From positions 3,648,001 through 3,712,000 of the forward strand of contig OZ243956.1 in NCBI GenBank assembly GCA_965214405.1: a stretch of 64,000 bases of DNA, in the 5' to 3' direction. Positions 9,434 through 18,594 of the stretch are shown one piece after another (within the stretch, counting starts at the first letter, position 1; every line of letters starts with the position of its first letter). The position numbers and the translations under genes are program-made. This DNA comes from Trueperaceae bacterium (GTDB lineage: Bacteria > Deinococcota > Deinococci > Deinococcales > Trueperaceae). The notes below the pieces were generated by a model, which saw nothing but the letters and a program-made list of their open reading frames with translations, had not been told where the DNA came from and searched no databases.

Positions 9434-11413
9434 TTACTGCGGAATCACCAGAATCAGCCCCACATCGACCATGTCCGGGTCGGTCATGAGGTAATCGTTG
9501 GCCGCCAAGATGTCCGTCCAGCGGTTGCCGTTGCGGTAGTAAAAGTTGGCGATGCTCGAGAGTGAATCACCCGTCTGCACCGTATAGATACCCCGCGCGT
9601 TGGTGAGCTGAGCAACTATATTCTGCGCGCTCGTAAGTTGCTGCTGGAGGTCACCAAGTTCGGTGCGCTGGTTCTCATCGACGGTGCGCCCGCGGTTGGT
9701 CGTCCGGAGCAGCGCCTCGTACTCTTCTGCGACTGAAGCGGCGCGTTCTTGGGCGCGCTCGAGTTGGTTGGAGGCGGGCTCTAAACGCTGCTCGACCGTC
9801 GCGTCTTGATTGTCGAGCGCGTTGAGCTGGTCTAGCAGGGCGTCACGCTGGCTTTGGGCGCTCTCTAATTCGCTTTGCAGGTCCGCGCTCGCCGTTTCTC
9901 TCTCGGTAAGCCCCGCCTGCGCCTCGCTCAGTTGCGCTTGTAAGTCGTCGCGTTCGCTCGCGGCGCTTTGGGCTTGTTCTTGCGCGCTAGCGAGTTCCTG
10001 AGCCTGAGATTGCGCCTCGTCCTGCGCCGTCTGCAACGCGGCCTGGCTCTCGGTAAGTTGCGCCTGCAAGTCGTCGCGCGCCGCCTCCATAGCCTGGCTT
10101 TGCTCGCGCGTGGCGGTGAGTTCGTCGTTGAGCGCCTGCGCCTCGCCCTGCGCCGTTTCCAGCGCGCTCTGGTCGCGGGTAAGCTGCGCTTGCAAGTCGT
10201 CACGCTCCGTTTCCAAAGCCTGACCCTGCTCGCGGACGGTGGCAAGTTCGTCTTGAAGCGTCTGCATCTCGCTCTGCGCCTGCGAAAGTTGCGCCGCGCT
10301 GTCGTCACTCTGTGCGCTCAAGGTTTCCACTTGCGCTTCTAGGCCCTCTTTTTGCTCCTGAAGCGTGGCGAGGTCTTCTTGCGCCGAACTCAAACTGTTC
10401 TGCGTCTCCTCGAGTTGCTGCTCCGCCTCGCCCTGTGCGCTTCGTGCTGCCTCTAAGTCAGCCTGCAAACCCTCGCGCTGCGTCATTCCTTCGTCAAGCT
10501 GCGCTTGCAAATCATCACGCTCGGCTTGCATATCGCTCAAGGAGGTTTGCGCGGCCTCAAGCTCACTCTGAAGGTTTTCGCGTTGCGCGGTCTCTTCATC
10601 AAGCTGCGTTTGTAAGGCGTCTCGCTCCGTCTGCGCCTCGTTTAGATTCGCTTGCGAGGTCTCGAGCTCGCTCTGAATCTCTTCACCCTGCGCGGTCTCT
10701 TCGTCAAGCTGCGTCTGTAAATCGTCGCGCTCGGTTTGCGCCTCGTCTAGGGCCGTCTGTAGTGTCTCGAGCTCACTCTGGAGGTTCTCACCCTGCGCGG
10801 TCGCCTCGTCAAACTGCGTTTGCAGCGTGTCGCGTTGCGTTTCCGCCGCCTCGAGCCGACCCTGAAGCGCCTCGTTTTCCCCCGTTTGGGTGCTCAACTC
10901 TTCTGTGAGATTCGACGCTGCCGTAAGCGCCTCATCCCTCTGGGTTACAGCGTCCTCGCTCTCCTGACGGGCGGTCTCGAGCGCGGTCTGGAGTTCCTCA
11001 ACGCGCGCCTGCAACGTGTCTATCTGGATGTTTGCCGCCTCGAGTTCGGTTTGCTCCGGGGTTTGCGCCCCGCCTGTGGCTGCGCCACCCGTGACCGAAC
11101 CGCCTGTCACGGCCCCGTCTGTTACCGCGCCACCTGTAACCGCCCCGCCCGTTTGCTCCTGCATCATGCCCAGTAGCGTGTCGACGCGCAGGCTTAGCAC
11201 CTCTACGTTCTGGCGCACGTCGTCTGAGCTCGAGCCGGAGGCGTGGTCGAGTTGCATCCCCAAATCGTTTAGGGTGCCTTTTAATTCCGAGAGCAGCGGC
11301 ACCAGCGCGTCTTGGGCGCTTCCCGTCTCTACCGCCGATTGGGCTACCGATTGAGCCGCAGCCACCGGCGAGACGAGCAACAACATCCACAACGTTAACT
11401 TCAACTTTTGCAC
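9434..11413 (-). CDS. Exported long coiled-coil protein with C-terminal LysM domain
   Basis: RBS GGGAGGT, GTG 11413, signal peptide ending AAAQ; 35- and 42-aa coiled-coil repeats; YTVQTGDSLSSIA...YRNGNRWTDILAAN LysM. Confidence 0.8.
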   Translation of the reverse strand: MQKLKLTLWMLLLVSPVAAAQSVAQSAVETGSAQDALVPLLSELKGTLNDLGMQLDHASGSSSDDVRQNVEVLSLRVDTLLGMMQEQTGGAVTGGAVTDGAVTGGSVTGGAATGGAQTPEQTELEAANIQIDTLQARVEELQTALETARQESEDAVTQRDEALTAASNLTEELSTQTGENEALQGRLEAAETQRDTLQTQFDEATAQGENLQSELETLQTALDEAQTERDDLQTQLDEETAQGEEIQSELETSQANLNEAQTERDALQTQLDEETAQRENLQSELEAAQTSLSDMQAERDDLQAQLDEGMTQREGLQADLEAARSAQGEAEQQLEETQNSLSSAQEDLATLQEQKEGLEAQVETLSAQSDDSAAQLSQAQSEMQTLQDELATVREQGQALETERDDLQAQLTRDQSALETAQGEAQALNDELTATREQSQAMEAARDDLQAQLTESQAALQTAQDEAQSQAQELASAQEQAQSAASERDDLQAQLSEAQAGLTERETASADLQSELESAQSQRDALLDQLNALDNQDATVEQRLEPASNQLERAQERAASVAEEYEALLRTTNRGRTVDENQRTELGDLQQQLTSAQNIVAQLTNARGIYTVQTGDSLSSIANFYYRNGNRWTDILAANDYLMTDPDMVDVGLILVIPQ

Positions 11414-11560
11414 GTGTTTACCTCCCTGGTAAGTTTTGCCCATTCTAACGCGAACGCGACCCCTTTTGGCGAGACCCCCTTTGGAGGGTGCGCTCAACCC
11501 TACGAACTCGTGCTATACAATCTACCTATACAAGAGACCCGCAAACGGAAGAGGTGAAAT

Positions 11561-12325
11561 GTGAAACGCGTAAGGTACAAGGATTCGAACGTTGTCAATG
11601 GCGTCCGCTGGGGCGAACTGGAGGGCGGCGAGGTCTATCCGCTGGACGGCGTCATGGGGAGGCGTGAGGGCTCGAGCCTCTCCCTCTCGGGCGTAACCCT
11701 GCTCGCCCCTTGCGAGCCGCGCGTGATTGTCTGCGTGGGCAAAAATTACGCCAGGCATATTAAAGAGATGGGCGGGGCCGATTTGCCCAAGGAGCCGGGG
11801 CTTTTTTTGAAGGGCCTCAACACCCTCACCAATCCCGGCGACCCCATCCCCTACCCGAGTTGGACGAACGAACTGCATTTTGAGGGCGAGCTGGCGGTCG
11901 TGATAGGTCGCACGCTGCAAAACGTTAGGGCGGACGAGGCGCTTTCTTACCTTCTCGGCTACACCTGCGCTTGCGACGTGACCGCGCGCGACAAGCAGCG
12001 GAGCGACCTTCAGTGGGCGCGGGGCAAGTCGGCGGACGGGTTTTGTCCGGTGGGGCCGTGGCTCGAGACCGACTTGGACCCCACCCGTTTAAGCGTGCAA
12101 ACCCGCGTCAACGGTGAAACGAAGCAAGACGGCTCCACCGCCGACATGATTTTCCCGGTGGCGGCGGTGCTGGCCTACATCAGCACGTTTATGACGCTCC
12201 ATCCGGGCGACTTAGTCCTAACCGGCACCCCCGACGGCGTGGGGCCTTTACAGGTGGGGGACAAGGTTGAAGTTGAGGTCGAGGGTGTCGGCACGCTCAC
12301 GAACACCGTCGAGAGGGCTCGGTGA
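11561..12325 (+). CDS. Fumarylacetoacetate hydrolase family protein
   Basis: CVGKNYARH, LHFEGELAVVIG, CDVTARD, GKSADGFCPVGP, GDLVLTGTPDGVG. Confidence 0.92.
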   Translation: MKRVRYKDSNVVNGVRWGELEGGEVYPLDGVMGRREGSSLSLSGVTLLAPCEPRVIVCVGKNYARHIKEMGGADLPKEPGLFLKGLNTLTNPGDPIPYPSWTNELHFEGELAVVIGRTLQNVRADEALSYLLGYTCACDVTARDKQRSDLQWARGKSADGFCPVGPWLETDLDPTRLSVQTRVNGETKQDGSTADMIFPVAAVLAYISTFMTLHPGDLVLTGTPDGVGPLQVGDKVEVEVEGVGTLTNTVERAR

Positions 12326-13266
12326 CCGACTTTCCTCTCGTGCAAGATTTGGGCGGCGTGTTCCTCCTCGACACCCGGCACGGCGGTTTGCAGGGGACGG
12401 TAGGAAGTTACCTGCTCCCCGGCGAGGGCGGACGCTTTGCCCTCATCGAGAGCGGCCCCGCCTCGACCCTGCCGACGCTCCTGGAAGGGGTTCGTGAGGC
12501 GGGTTTCAAGCCCCAGAACCTGAGCAACGTGCTCGTGACGCACATCCACCTAGACCACGCCGGGGCCGCGGGCACGCTCGCGCGCGAGTACGGCGCGACG
12601 GTGTGGGTTCATGAAAACGGCGCGCCTCACATCAAAGACCCGTCCCGCCTCCTCAGCAGCGCCCGCCGCGTTTACGGTGACGAGATGGACGCGCTCTGGG
12701 GCACCGTCGAGGCCGTCCCCGAGGCGCAGGTGCGGGCGCTTTCTGACGGTGACACTTTTGAGCTTTCCGGCCACTCTGTACGCGTGTTGGAGACGCCGGG
12801 GCACGCCTCGAGCCACCTAAGCTATTTCTTAGACGACAAAACGATGTTCACCGGCGACGCCGCCGCCATCAAGCTGCCCGGTTCAGACGTCGTGCGCCCC
12901 GCGACCGCGCCGCCTGAAATCGACTTGGAGGCCTGGGAAGAGAGTCTTGACGCGATGCTCTACGCCGCACCCGACCGCCTCCTGCTCACCCACTTTGGCG
13001 AGGTCAGGGACGTAGCGGCGCATCTTAAAAAGGTGCGCGAGCGCACCCACGCCTGGGCGGCGGAGGTGCTGGCGGGCTTGAGAGCGGGCGAGAACGACGC
13101 GGCTTTGGTCGCGCGCATCTCCCGCGCGGGCGAAGCGGAGTTAGAGGCCGACGGCGCGTCGCCCGAGGCCAGGGTGCGCCACCGCACGACCTCGAACGAC
13201 GAGATGAGCGCGGCGGGGCTCAAGCGGTATTGGCAGAAGCGTCACCCGGAGCGCATCGGGGGCTAA
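12322..13266 (+). CDS. MBL-fold metallo-hydrolase
   Basis: THIHLDHAG, TPGHASSH, FTGDA, THFG; GTGA overlap with the upstream gene. Confidence 0.9.
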   Translation: MTDFPLVQDLGGVFLLDTRHGGLQGTVGSYLLPGEGGRFALIESGPASTLPTLLEGVREAGFKPQNLSNVLVTHIHLDHAGAAGTLAREYGATVWVHENGAPHIKDPSRLLSSARRVYGDEMDALWGTVEAVPEAQVRALSDGDTFELSGHSVRVLETPGHASSHLSYFLDDKTMFTGDAAAIKLPGSDVVRPATAPPEIDLEAWEESLDAMLYAAPDRLLLTHFGEVRDVAAHLKKVRERTHAWAAEVLAGLRAGENDAALVARISRAGEAELEADGASPEARVRHRTTSNDEMSAAGLKRYWQKRHPERIGG

Positions 13267-13273
13267 GGGGGAA

Positions 13274-13352
13274 CTGAGTACCGAGTACCCAGTACCGAGT
13301 TGAAAGTATGCTCAATACTCATCACTATACTCATTACTCGGTCCTCGGCACT
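13274..13352. repeat. Inverted arrays of heptamer repeats
   Basis: CTGAGTA-CCGAGTA-CCCAGTA-CCGAGTT followed by complementary ACTCATT-ACTCGGT-CCTCGGC-ACT. Confidence 0.7.
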
Positions 13353-13501
13353 TTCCTTTTCACCTACGCCAAACCCCGCACGCCAAACAAGGTATACTTT
13401 CTCTATGCACGGTTCTTTTCACCCGCTCGAGCCCCAACGATCGCGTTCTTCGTCCTTCTAACGCCTCTCCCGTACGCTCGAGCCCACCGAAAGGAACGTC
13501 T

Positions 13502-14977
13502 GTGCCCGAAACACAAGCTGCCAGTATAGAAACGCTTCCAGCAAAGCCCGGTAACAAATCCGCCAAACCTGTCAAGCCCGTCTACCGCGAGATCTTAGCC
13601 GACTTAGAAACGCCCTTAACCGCCTACCTCAAGGTGGCGGGGCATCCCGCGTTTTTGCTCGAGAGCGTCGAGCAGGGCGAGCGCGTCGCGCGTTACTCGT
13701 TTATCGGGACGGGGGAGAGGCGGCGGCTTTCTGCTAGGGGGCGCACCGTCACCCTCACCACCGCGGAGGGGGCCGAGACGTTCGAGTCGGACGACCCGTT
13801 GCGCCTGCTGTGGGATTTGACCGTGCGCGACACGGTCGACGACCCCGCGCTGCCCGACTTTTGGGCGGGCGCGGTGGGATACGCGGCTTACGACCTCGTC
13901 CGGCTTTACGAGGGGTTGCCCGACGCGAATCCCGACGAGTTGGGTGTGCCCGACCTGCTCTTCGTTGAGCCCGAGGTGCTCATCATTTTCGACCACTTAA
14001 AGCGCCGCATCTTTATCGTCGCGCCCGCAGAAGTAGACAACGCCGCCGACGAGGCGCGCGCTGGCGCGTTGGTTGAGCGCGCGTACGAAAGGCTGCGCGG
14101 CCCCCTGCCGGGCGTGCCGGGCGACCGGGCGGGGCGGCGGGTGGCGTTTCGGAGTAACTTCACCCGCGAGGGCTACATGGCCGCGGTGGAGCGGGCGGTT
14201 GAATACATCCACGCGGGCGACATCTTTCAGGTCGTGCCGAGCCAGCGTCTTACCGCCGACTTGGGCGTGCATCCCTTTGCCTTGTACCGCGCGCTGCGCG
14301 TGGTCAACCCGAGTCCCTATCTGGGCTACTTGGATTTAGGCCCCGTGACGCTGGTGGCAAGTTCGCCTGAAAGCTTAGTAAGGAGCGACGGCTCGTGGGT
14401 CGAAACGCTGCCCATCGCGGGTACCCGCAAGCGTGGGGTGACAAAGGAGGAGGACGCCGCGCTCGCCGCGGAGCTCTCGGGTGACGACAAAGAGCGCGCC
14501 GAGCACATCATGCTGGTGGATTTGGGCCGCAACGATTTGGGCCGCGTTTGCAAGTTTGGCAGCGTCAGGGTGACCGACCTCATGCGCGTGGAGCGTTACA
14601 GCCACGTGATGCACCTCGTCTCGAGCGTGCGGGGCGAGCTGGCGGCGGGCCGCACGCCCTTGGACGCGCTCTCGAGCACCCTCCCGATGGGCACCGCCTC
14701 GGGCGCGCCCAAGGTGCGCGCGATGGAGATTATTGACGAGTTGGAGCCCGTCCGCCGCGGCCCCTACGCCGGGGCCTTTGGCTACGTGAGTGCGGGTGGC
14801 GCGATGGACATGGCCCTGACGCTTCGGACGATGGTCATCGCCAACGGCAAACTTCTCTTGCAGGCGGGCGGCGGCGTGGTCGCCGATTCCGACCCGGCGT
14901 TTGAGTATCAGGAGTCGCTGAATAAGCTCGAGGCGCTGCGGCGGGCCGTCGAACTGGCGACGGAAGGGCTGGCGTGA
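13502..14977 (+). CDS. trpE: Anthranilate synthase component I
   Basis: ADLETP, FLLESVEQGE, GDIFQVV, NPSPY, PIAGTR, AEHIMLVDLGRND, SGAPKVRAM. Confidence 0.95.
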   Translation: MPETQAASIETLPAKPGNKSAKPVKPVYREILADLETPLTAYLKVAGHPAFLLESVEQGERVARYSFIGTGERRRLSARGRTVTLTTAEGAETFESDDPLRLLWDLTVRDTVDDPALPDFWAGAVGYAAYDLVRLYEGLPDANPDELGVPDLLFVEPEVLIIFDHLKRRIFIVAPAEVDNAADEARAGALVERAYERLRGPLPGVPGDRAGRRVAFRSNFTREGYMAAVERAVEYIHAGDIFQVVPSQRLTADLGVHPFALYRALRVVNPSPYLGYLDLGPVTLVASSPESLVRSDGSWVETLPIAGTRKRGVTKEEDAALAAELSGDDKERAEHIMLVDLGRNDLGRVCKFGSVRVTDLMRVERYSHVMHLVSSVRGELAAGRTPLDALSSTLPMGTASGAPKVRAMEIIDELEPVRRGPYAGAFGYVSAGGAMDMALTLRTMVIANGKLLLQAGGGVVADSDPAFEYQESLNKLEALRRAVELATEGLA

Positions 14978-15071
14978 ACTATTTGACTGCCCCATTCCCT
15001 TCGGTTTTTCCTCCTCGCGCATCTTTTTTGTCCATCTGTAAAGACCGTATAATTGCAAAGAGCACACCCGT

Positions 15072-15674
15072 ATGAAAAAAGTTTTGGTCATCGACAACTA
15101 CGACTCGTTTACTTACAACCTCGTGCAGTACCTCGGCGAATTGGGCGCGGCCCCGACGGTGTGGCGCAACAATCAGTTCGACTTGGACGACGTCGGCGCG
15201 TTCCGTCCCGACGGCGTCGTCGTGTCCCCCGGCCCTTGCACGCCCGCCGAGGCGGGGCACTCCGTCGAGGTTATCAGGCGTTACGGCGAGCACACGCCTA
15301 TTTTCGGTGTATGCTTGGGGCACCAGAGTATCGGCGCGGCCTACGGGGCGGCGGTCGTGCGCGCGCCAAAAATCATGCACGGCAAAACGAGCGAGGTGCG
15401 CCACGACGGCACCGCCTCGTTCAAAAATTTGGCTGACAAGGTCACGGCGACGCGCTACCACTCGCTTATGGTGAGAGATTTGCCTGACGCGCTCGTTGCG
15501 AATGCCTGGGCGGATGATGAGGTAGAGGGCGAAGTGGGCGGCGCGGGCAGAGAGGAGATTATCATGGGTTTGCGGCATAAAGACTTTCCGGTCTGGGGGG
15601 TGCAGTTCCACCCCGAGAGCGTCCTCACCGAGACGGGCCACGCGATGCTCCAGAACTTTCTCGACATCCTCTGA
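15072..15674 (+). CDS. trpG: Anthranilate synthase component II (glutamine amidotransferase)
   Basis: IDNYDSFTYNL, SPGP, GVCLGHQ, TRYHSL, GVQFHPES. Confidence 0.95.
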   Translation: MKKVLVIDNYDSFTYNLVQYLGELGAAPTVWRNNQFDLDDVGAFRPDGVVVSPGPCTPAEAGHSVEVIRRYGEHTPIFGVCLGHQSIGAAYGAAVVRAPKIMHGKTSEVRHDGTASFKNLADKVTATRYHSLMVRDLPDALVANAWADDEVEGEVGGAGREEIIMGLRHKDFPVWGVQFHPESVLTETGHAMLQNFLDIL

Positions 15675-16534
15675 TGGCCCCCGTAATGACACCAGAGATA
15701 AGCATCATCACCGTGACGAGCGCCCGGCGCGCGCTGCTCGCCAAGAAGCTGGAAAGTCTCGCCAAACAGACGCTCTCCCCGGAAAAGTTTGAGCTTGTGC
15801 TTTATGTAAATGAGCAGGGCGATGACGTGAAGGAGGTTCTCGAGCAGGCCCGACCCTCCTTCCACGTGACCGTCCTAGCGCCGCCCGATGTGGAGGCTGG
15901 GGTGAGCGCCGCCCGCGCGCGTAATGCGTGTGTAGAGGCCGCGGGGGCGCAAATCTTGTATTTTTCGGATGACGACTGTTTGTTGGAACCCGCGACGCTC
16001 GAGCGGCACCTAGCGTCCCAAAACAGCGGCTTCCGGGTGTCGGTGGGGCCGGTGGCGTTTGAGCACGAGGCCCGGACCCGCGAAACACCCTTAAAGCGCG
16101 TGCGCTACTGGAACCTCAACGGGGCCAACACAAGCTTACCCACGCTCGCCTTTCGCGCGGTGGGCGGTTTTGACGAGACGGTCAAGGGCTACGGCATGGA
16201 GGACGTGCTGCTCGGGTACGCCTTGGAGCGCGAGGGCCTACCCTTTGCCGCGTTGCCCGAGGCAAGGGTGCGTCACATCGGCCCCGACCCGCGGCGCTCG
16301 GGCGACGTGAGTAAAGGCGAGAGCGCGGGCCGCAACGCGGTGCGCATCGCGTCGCGCCATCCCGACTTGTCGCTCCGCTTGGGCGTGCATCCGGTGTCCC
16401 TAATCGCCAAGCGCCTCGCGCTCTGGCCGCCCTACGGCGCGGTGTGGCGCGGTCTCGACCGGCCCACCTACACCTACGAGCGGGCTTATTTAGCGGGGGC
16501 CATCGACGAACGCAGGAGGAGCGGACGTGGCTAA
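15674..16534 (+). CDS. Glycosyltransferase family 2
   Basis: ISIITVT, ARARN, FSDDD (DxD), GGFDE...GYGMEDVLLG; TGATG coupling to trpG and overlap with trpD. Confidence 0.85.
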   Translation: MAPVMTPEISIITVTSARRALLAKKLESLAKQTLSPEKFELVLYVNEQGDDVKEVLEQARPSFHVTVLAPPDVEAGVSAARARNACVEAAGAQILYFSDDDCLLEPATLERHLASQNSGFRVSVGPVAFEHEARTRETPLKRVRYWNLNGANTSLPTLAFRAVGGFDETVKGYGMEDVLLGYALEREGLPFAALPEARVRHIGPDPRRSGDVSKGESAGRNAVRIASRHPDLSLRLGVHPVSLIAKRLALWPPYGAVWRGLDRPTYTYERAYLAGAIDERRRSGRG

Positions 16535-17573
16535 TCCCCCGACTGCTCATGTAGACGCCGACATTACCACCCTTTTGGGCGACGTATTCAGCGGCAAAAC
16601 CCTGGGCCGCGACCGCGCGCGCTTCGTGATGGGCGAACTCATGGACGGCAAACTCTCGCAGATGCAGGCGGCGGCCCTTCTCGCGGCGCTACGCACGCGC
16701 GGCGAGACGGTCGAAGAAATCGTGGGTTTCGCCGAGGCGATGCGCGCTCGAGCCGTCCAGGTGCCCGTGAGGGGGGACGTTCCCCTTCTAGACATCGTCG
16801 GCACGGGCGGCACCGGCATCAACACCTTTAATATCAGCACCGCGACGCTTTTCGTGGTGGCGGCGGCGGGGGTGAGAATCGCCAAGCACGGCAACCGCGG
16901 CGTCACCCGCAAGTCGGGCTCGGCGGACGTGCTGGAGCGCCTGGGCGTGGTGCTCGACCAGTCACCGGGGCGGTTGGCGGAGAGCCTCGAGGCGACCGGC
17001 TTGGCCTTTCTCTACGCCAAGGCGCACCACCCCGCGATGAAGTTCGTCGCGCCCATCCGCGCGGACATCCGCGCGCGCACCATTTTTAACTCGTTAGGAC
17101 CGCTCACCAACCCCGCGTCGGCGGATCATCAGCTTATGGGCGTCTTCGACCCCGCGCTCACCGAACCCTTGGCGGAGGTGCTGGGGGGCTTGGGCGTCAC
17201 GCGCGCGCTGGTGGTTCACGGCGACGGTTTGGACGAACTCACCGTCTGCGGCCCCAACCGCGTGAGCGAACTCGATAAGGGCGCGGTGCGGACCTTCGAG
17301 CTAACCCCCGAGGCGCTGGGGCTCAACCGTTACCCGTTAGAGGACGTGCTGGGCGGCGAGCCCGAAGAGAACGCCAAGACCATCCGCCGTCTTCTAAAGG
17401 GCGAGATTGGGGGCGCGAAACGCGACATCGTCTTGCTCAACGCAGGCGCGGCCCTCTACCTTATGGACAAAGCGGCGAGCACCGAAGCGGGTATCGGCGC
17501 GGCGGCGGCGCTGATCGACGACGGTAAAGCGTTGGCGAAGCTCGAGCAGTACGTCGCTTTTAGCCAAGCGTAA
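16527..17573 (+). CDS. trpD: Anthranilate phosphoribosyltransferase
   Basis: DIVGTGG, FNISTA, AKHGNR, SGSADVLE, GPLTNP, GLDE, LLNAGAAL. Confidence 0.96.
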   Translation: MANPPTAHVDADITTLLGDVFSGKTLGRDRARFVMGELMDGKLSQMQAAALLAALRTRGETVEEIVGFAEAMRARAVQVPVRGDVPLLDIVGTGGTGINTFNISTATLFVVAAAGVRIAKHGNRGVTRKSGSADVLERLGVVLDQSPGRLAESLEATGLAFLYAKAHHPAMKFVAPIRADIRARTIFNSLGPLTNPASADHQLMGVFDPALTEPLAEVLGGLGVTRALVVHGDGLDELTVCGPNRVSELDKGAVRTFELTPEALGLNRYPLEDVLGGEPEENAKTIRRLLKGEIGGAKRDIVLLNAGAALYLMDKAASTEAGIGAAAALIDDGKALAKLEQYVAFSQA

Positions 17574-17602
17574 AGTTCACGCCTTCAAGTAAGGATTACA
17601 GG

Positions 17603-17630
17603 GCGCGCGTCTCTAAGATGCGCGCTTTTT
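17603..17630 (+). terminator. Intrinsic terminator of the trp operon
   Basis: GCGCGCGTCT-CTA-AGATGCGCGC followed by TTTTT. Confidence 0.75.
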
Positions 17631-17682
17631 ACCAAGTCACGCCAATCATGGGTTTCGTTGGGTAGTCGAGTTGGAGGTTGTG

Positions 17683-18066
17683 ATGAACGGGGTAACGGTG
17701 ACGGATGAAACGCCAGATGGAAGATTCTTGGCGGTGTCACTGTACGATGTCCTGGTTGTGCTCGGGGGTAAAGGCGAGCACCTTCTTTGGAAAGTGTCGG
17801 ATATTGACAGCGTGGGTAGCGGGGCAGGAAAACTCCACAGATTAGGTGCTGAGAGAAAGGTTGTGGATTGGCTGACCCTGAAGGAGTTGTCGCTAACCAT
17901 TAAGCAGGTTATCGAAGGGGATTTTGAGGGTTTTGAGAAGGCTCTAATTCAACCCTACGTCGTTATTAGAGCCGTAGATGGAGGCGCTTATGATATCTAC
18001 TCGGATGACCGAGAGGTGCTGAGACGTTATATGGAGCACTTTAACGACGTTACAGAGATTGTTTAG
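17683..18066 (+). CDS. Hypothetical protein, lower GC, possibly immunity-protein-like
   Basis: RBS GGAGG before GTG/ATG; AT-richer codons; C-terminal VIRAVDGGAYDIYSDD. Confidence 0.6.
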   Translation: MNGVTVTDETPDGRFLAVSLYDVLVVLGGKGEHLLWKVSDIDSVGSGAGKLHRLGAERKVVDWLTLKELSLTIKQVIEGDFEGFEKALIQPYVVIRAVDGGAYDIYSDDREVLRRYMEHFNDVTEIV

Positions 18067-18098
18067 GCCACATTATTTTATCCAGATGTAAGGCTCGC

Positions 18099-18515
18099 TC
18101 AAAAACGCTTGAAGAGGTAGACCTTTTGATTGGGTCCAGGAGGGAAGCCCTCGAGCCTGGCTAACACTTTGTACCCGTGTTTGATGTAGAAGTCGGGCGC
18201 TTGAAAACTCACCGTGTCAAGATAAGCGCCTACACAGCCTAATGACTTGGCGTAGGTTTCCGCTTTGCGTAGAAGCTGACTTCCCACCCCTAAACTCCGC
18301 GACGCTTCATGCACAACCAAGATTTCTATAAACAGCCAGTGCCAATGGATAACGAGCACCACCCCACCCATGAGCTGCCCTTGCTCGTCACGCACTACAA
18401 ACGCTTTTTGATGCGCGTTGCCGACGTCTGAGTTTGCATGGTTAAAGGCGCCGAGCATATCGGCAAGTTCTTCATTCATTTCCAGGGTGCTTTCGTCTGT
18501 TATTTCTAACGCCAT
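18099..18515 (-). CDS. GNAT family N-acetyltransferase
   Basis: LVVHEASRSLGVGSQLL acetyl-CoA motif; LDTVSFQAPDFYIKHGY. Confidence 0.88.
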   Translation of the reverse strand: MALEITDESTLEMNEELADMLGAFNHANSDVGNAHQKAFVVRDEQGQLMGGVVLVIHWHWLFIEILVVHEASRSLGVGSQLLRKAETYAKSLGCVGAYLDTVSFQAPDFYIKHGYKVLARLEGFPPGPNQKVYLFKRF

Positions 18516-18594
18516 GATGGTTCCTTTTCCCTCACGCCTGTTAGTGTGGAGAAAACCGCGAAGCACATTGTGAAAGGGTCAAAGTGGAAGGGTC

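Noticed and set aside
13274..13352. Possible CRISPR array or iterons
   Set aside because: Units are 7 nt without unique spacers, and no cas or rep genes are present; no CRISPR-like array was seen anywhere in the window
13393..13501. Classical trp attenuator or T-box
   Set aside because: No Trp codons in the uORF, no T-box consensus and no terminator hairpin with U-tract
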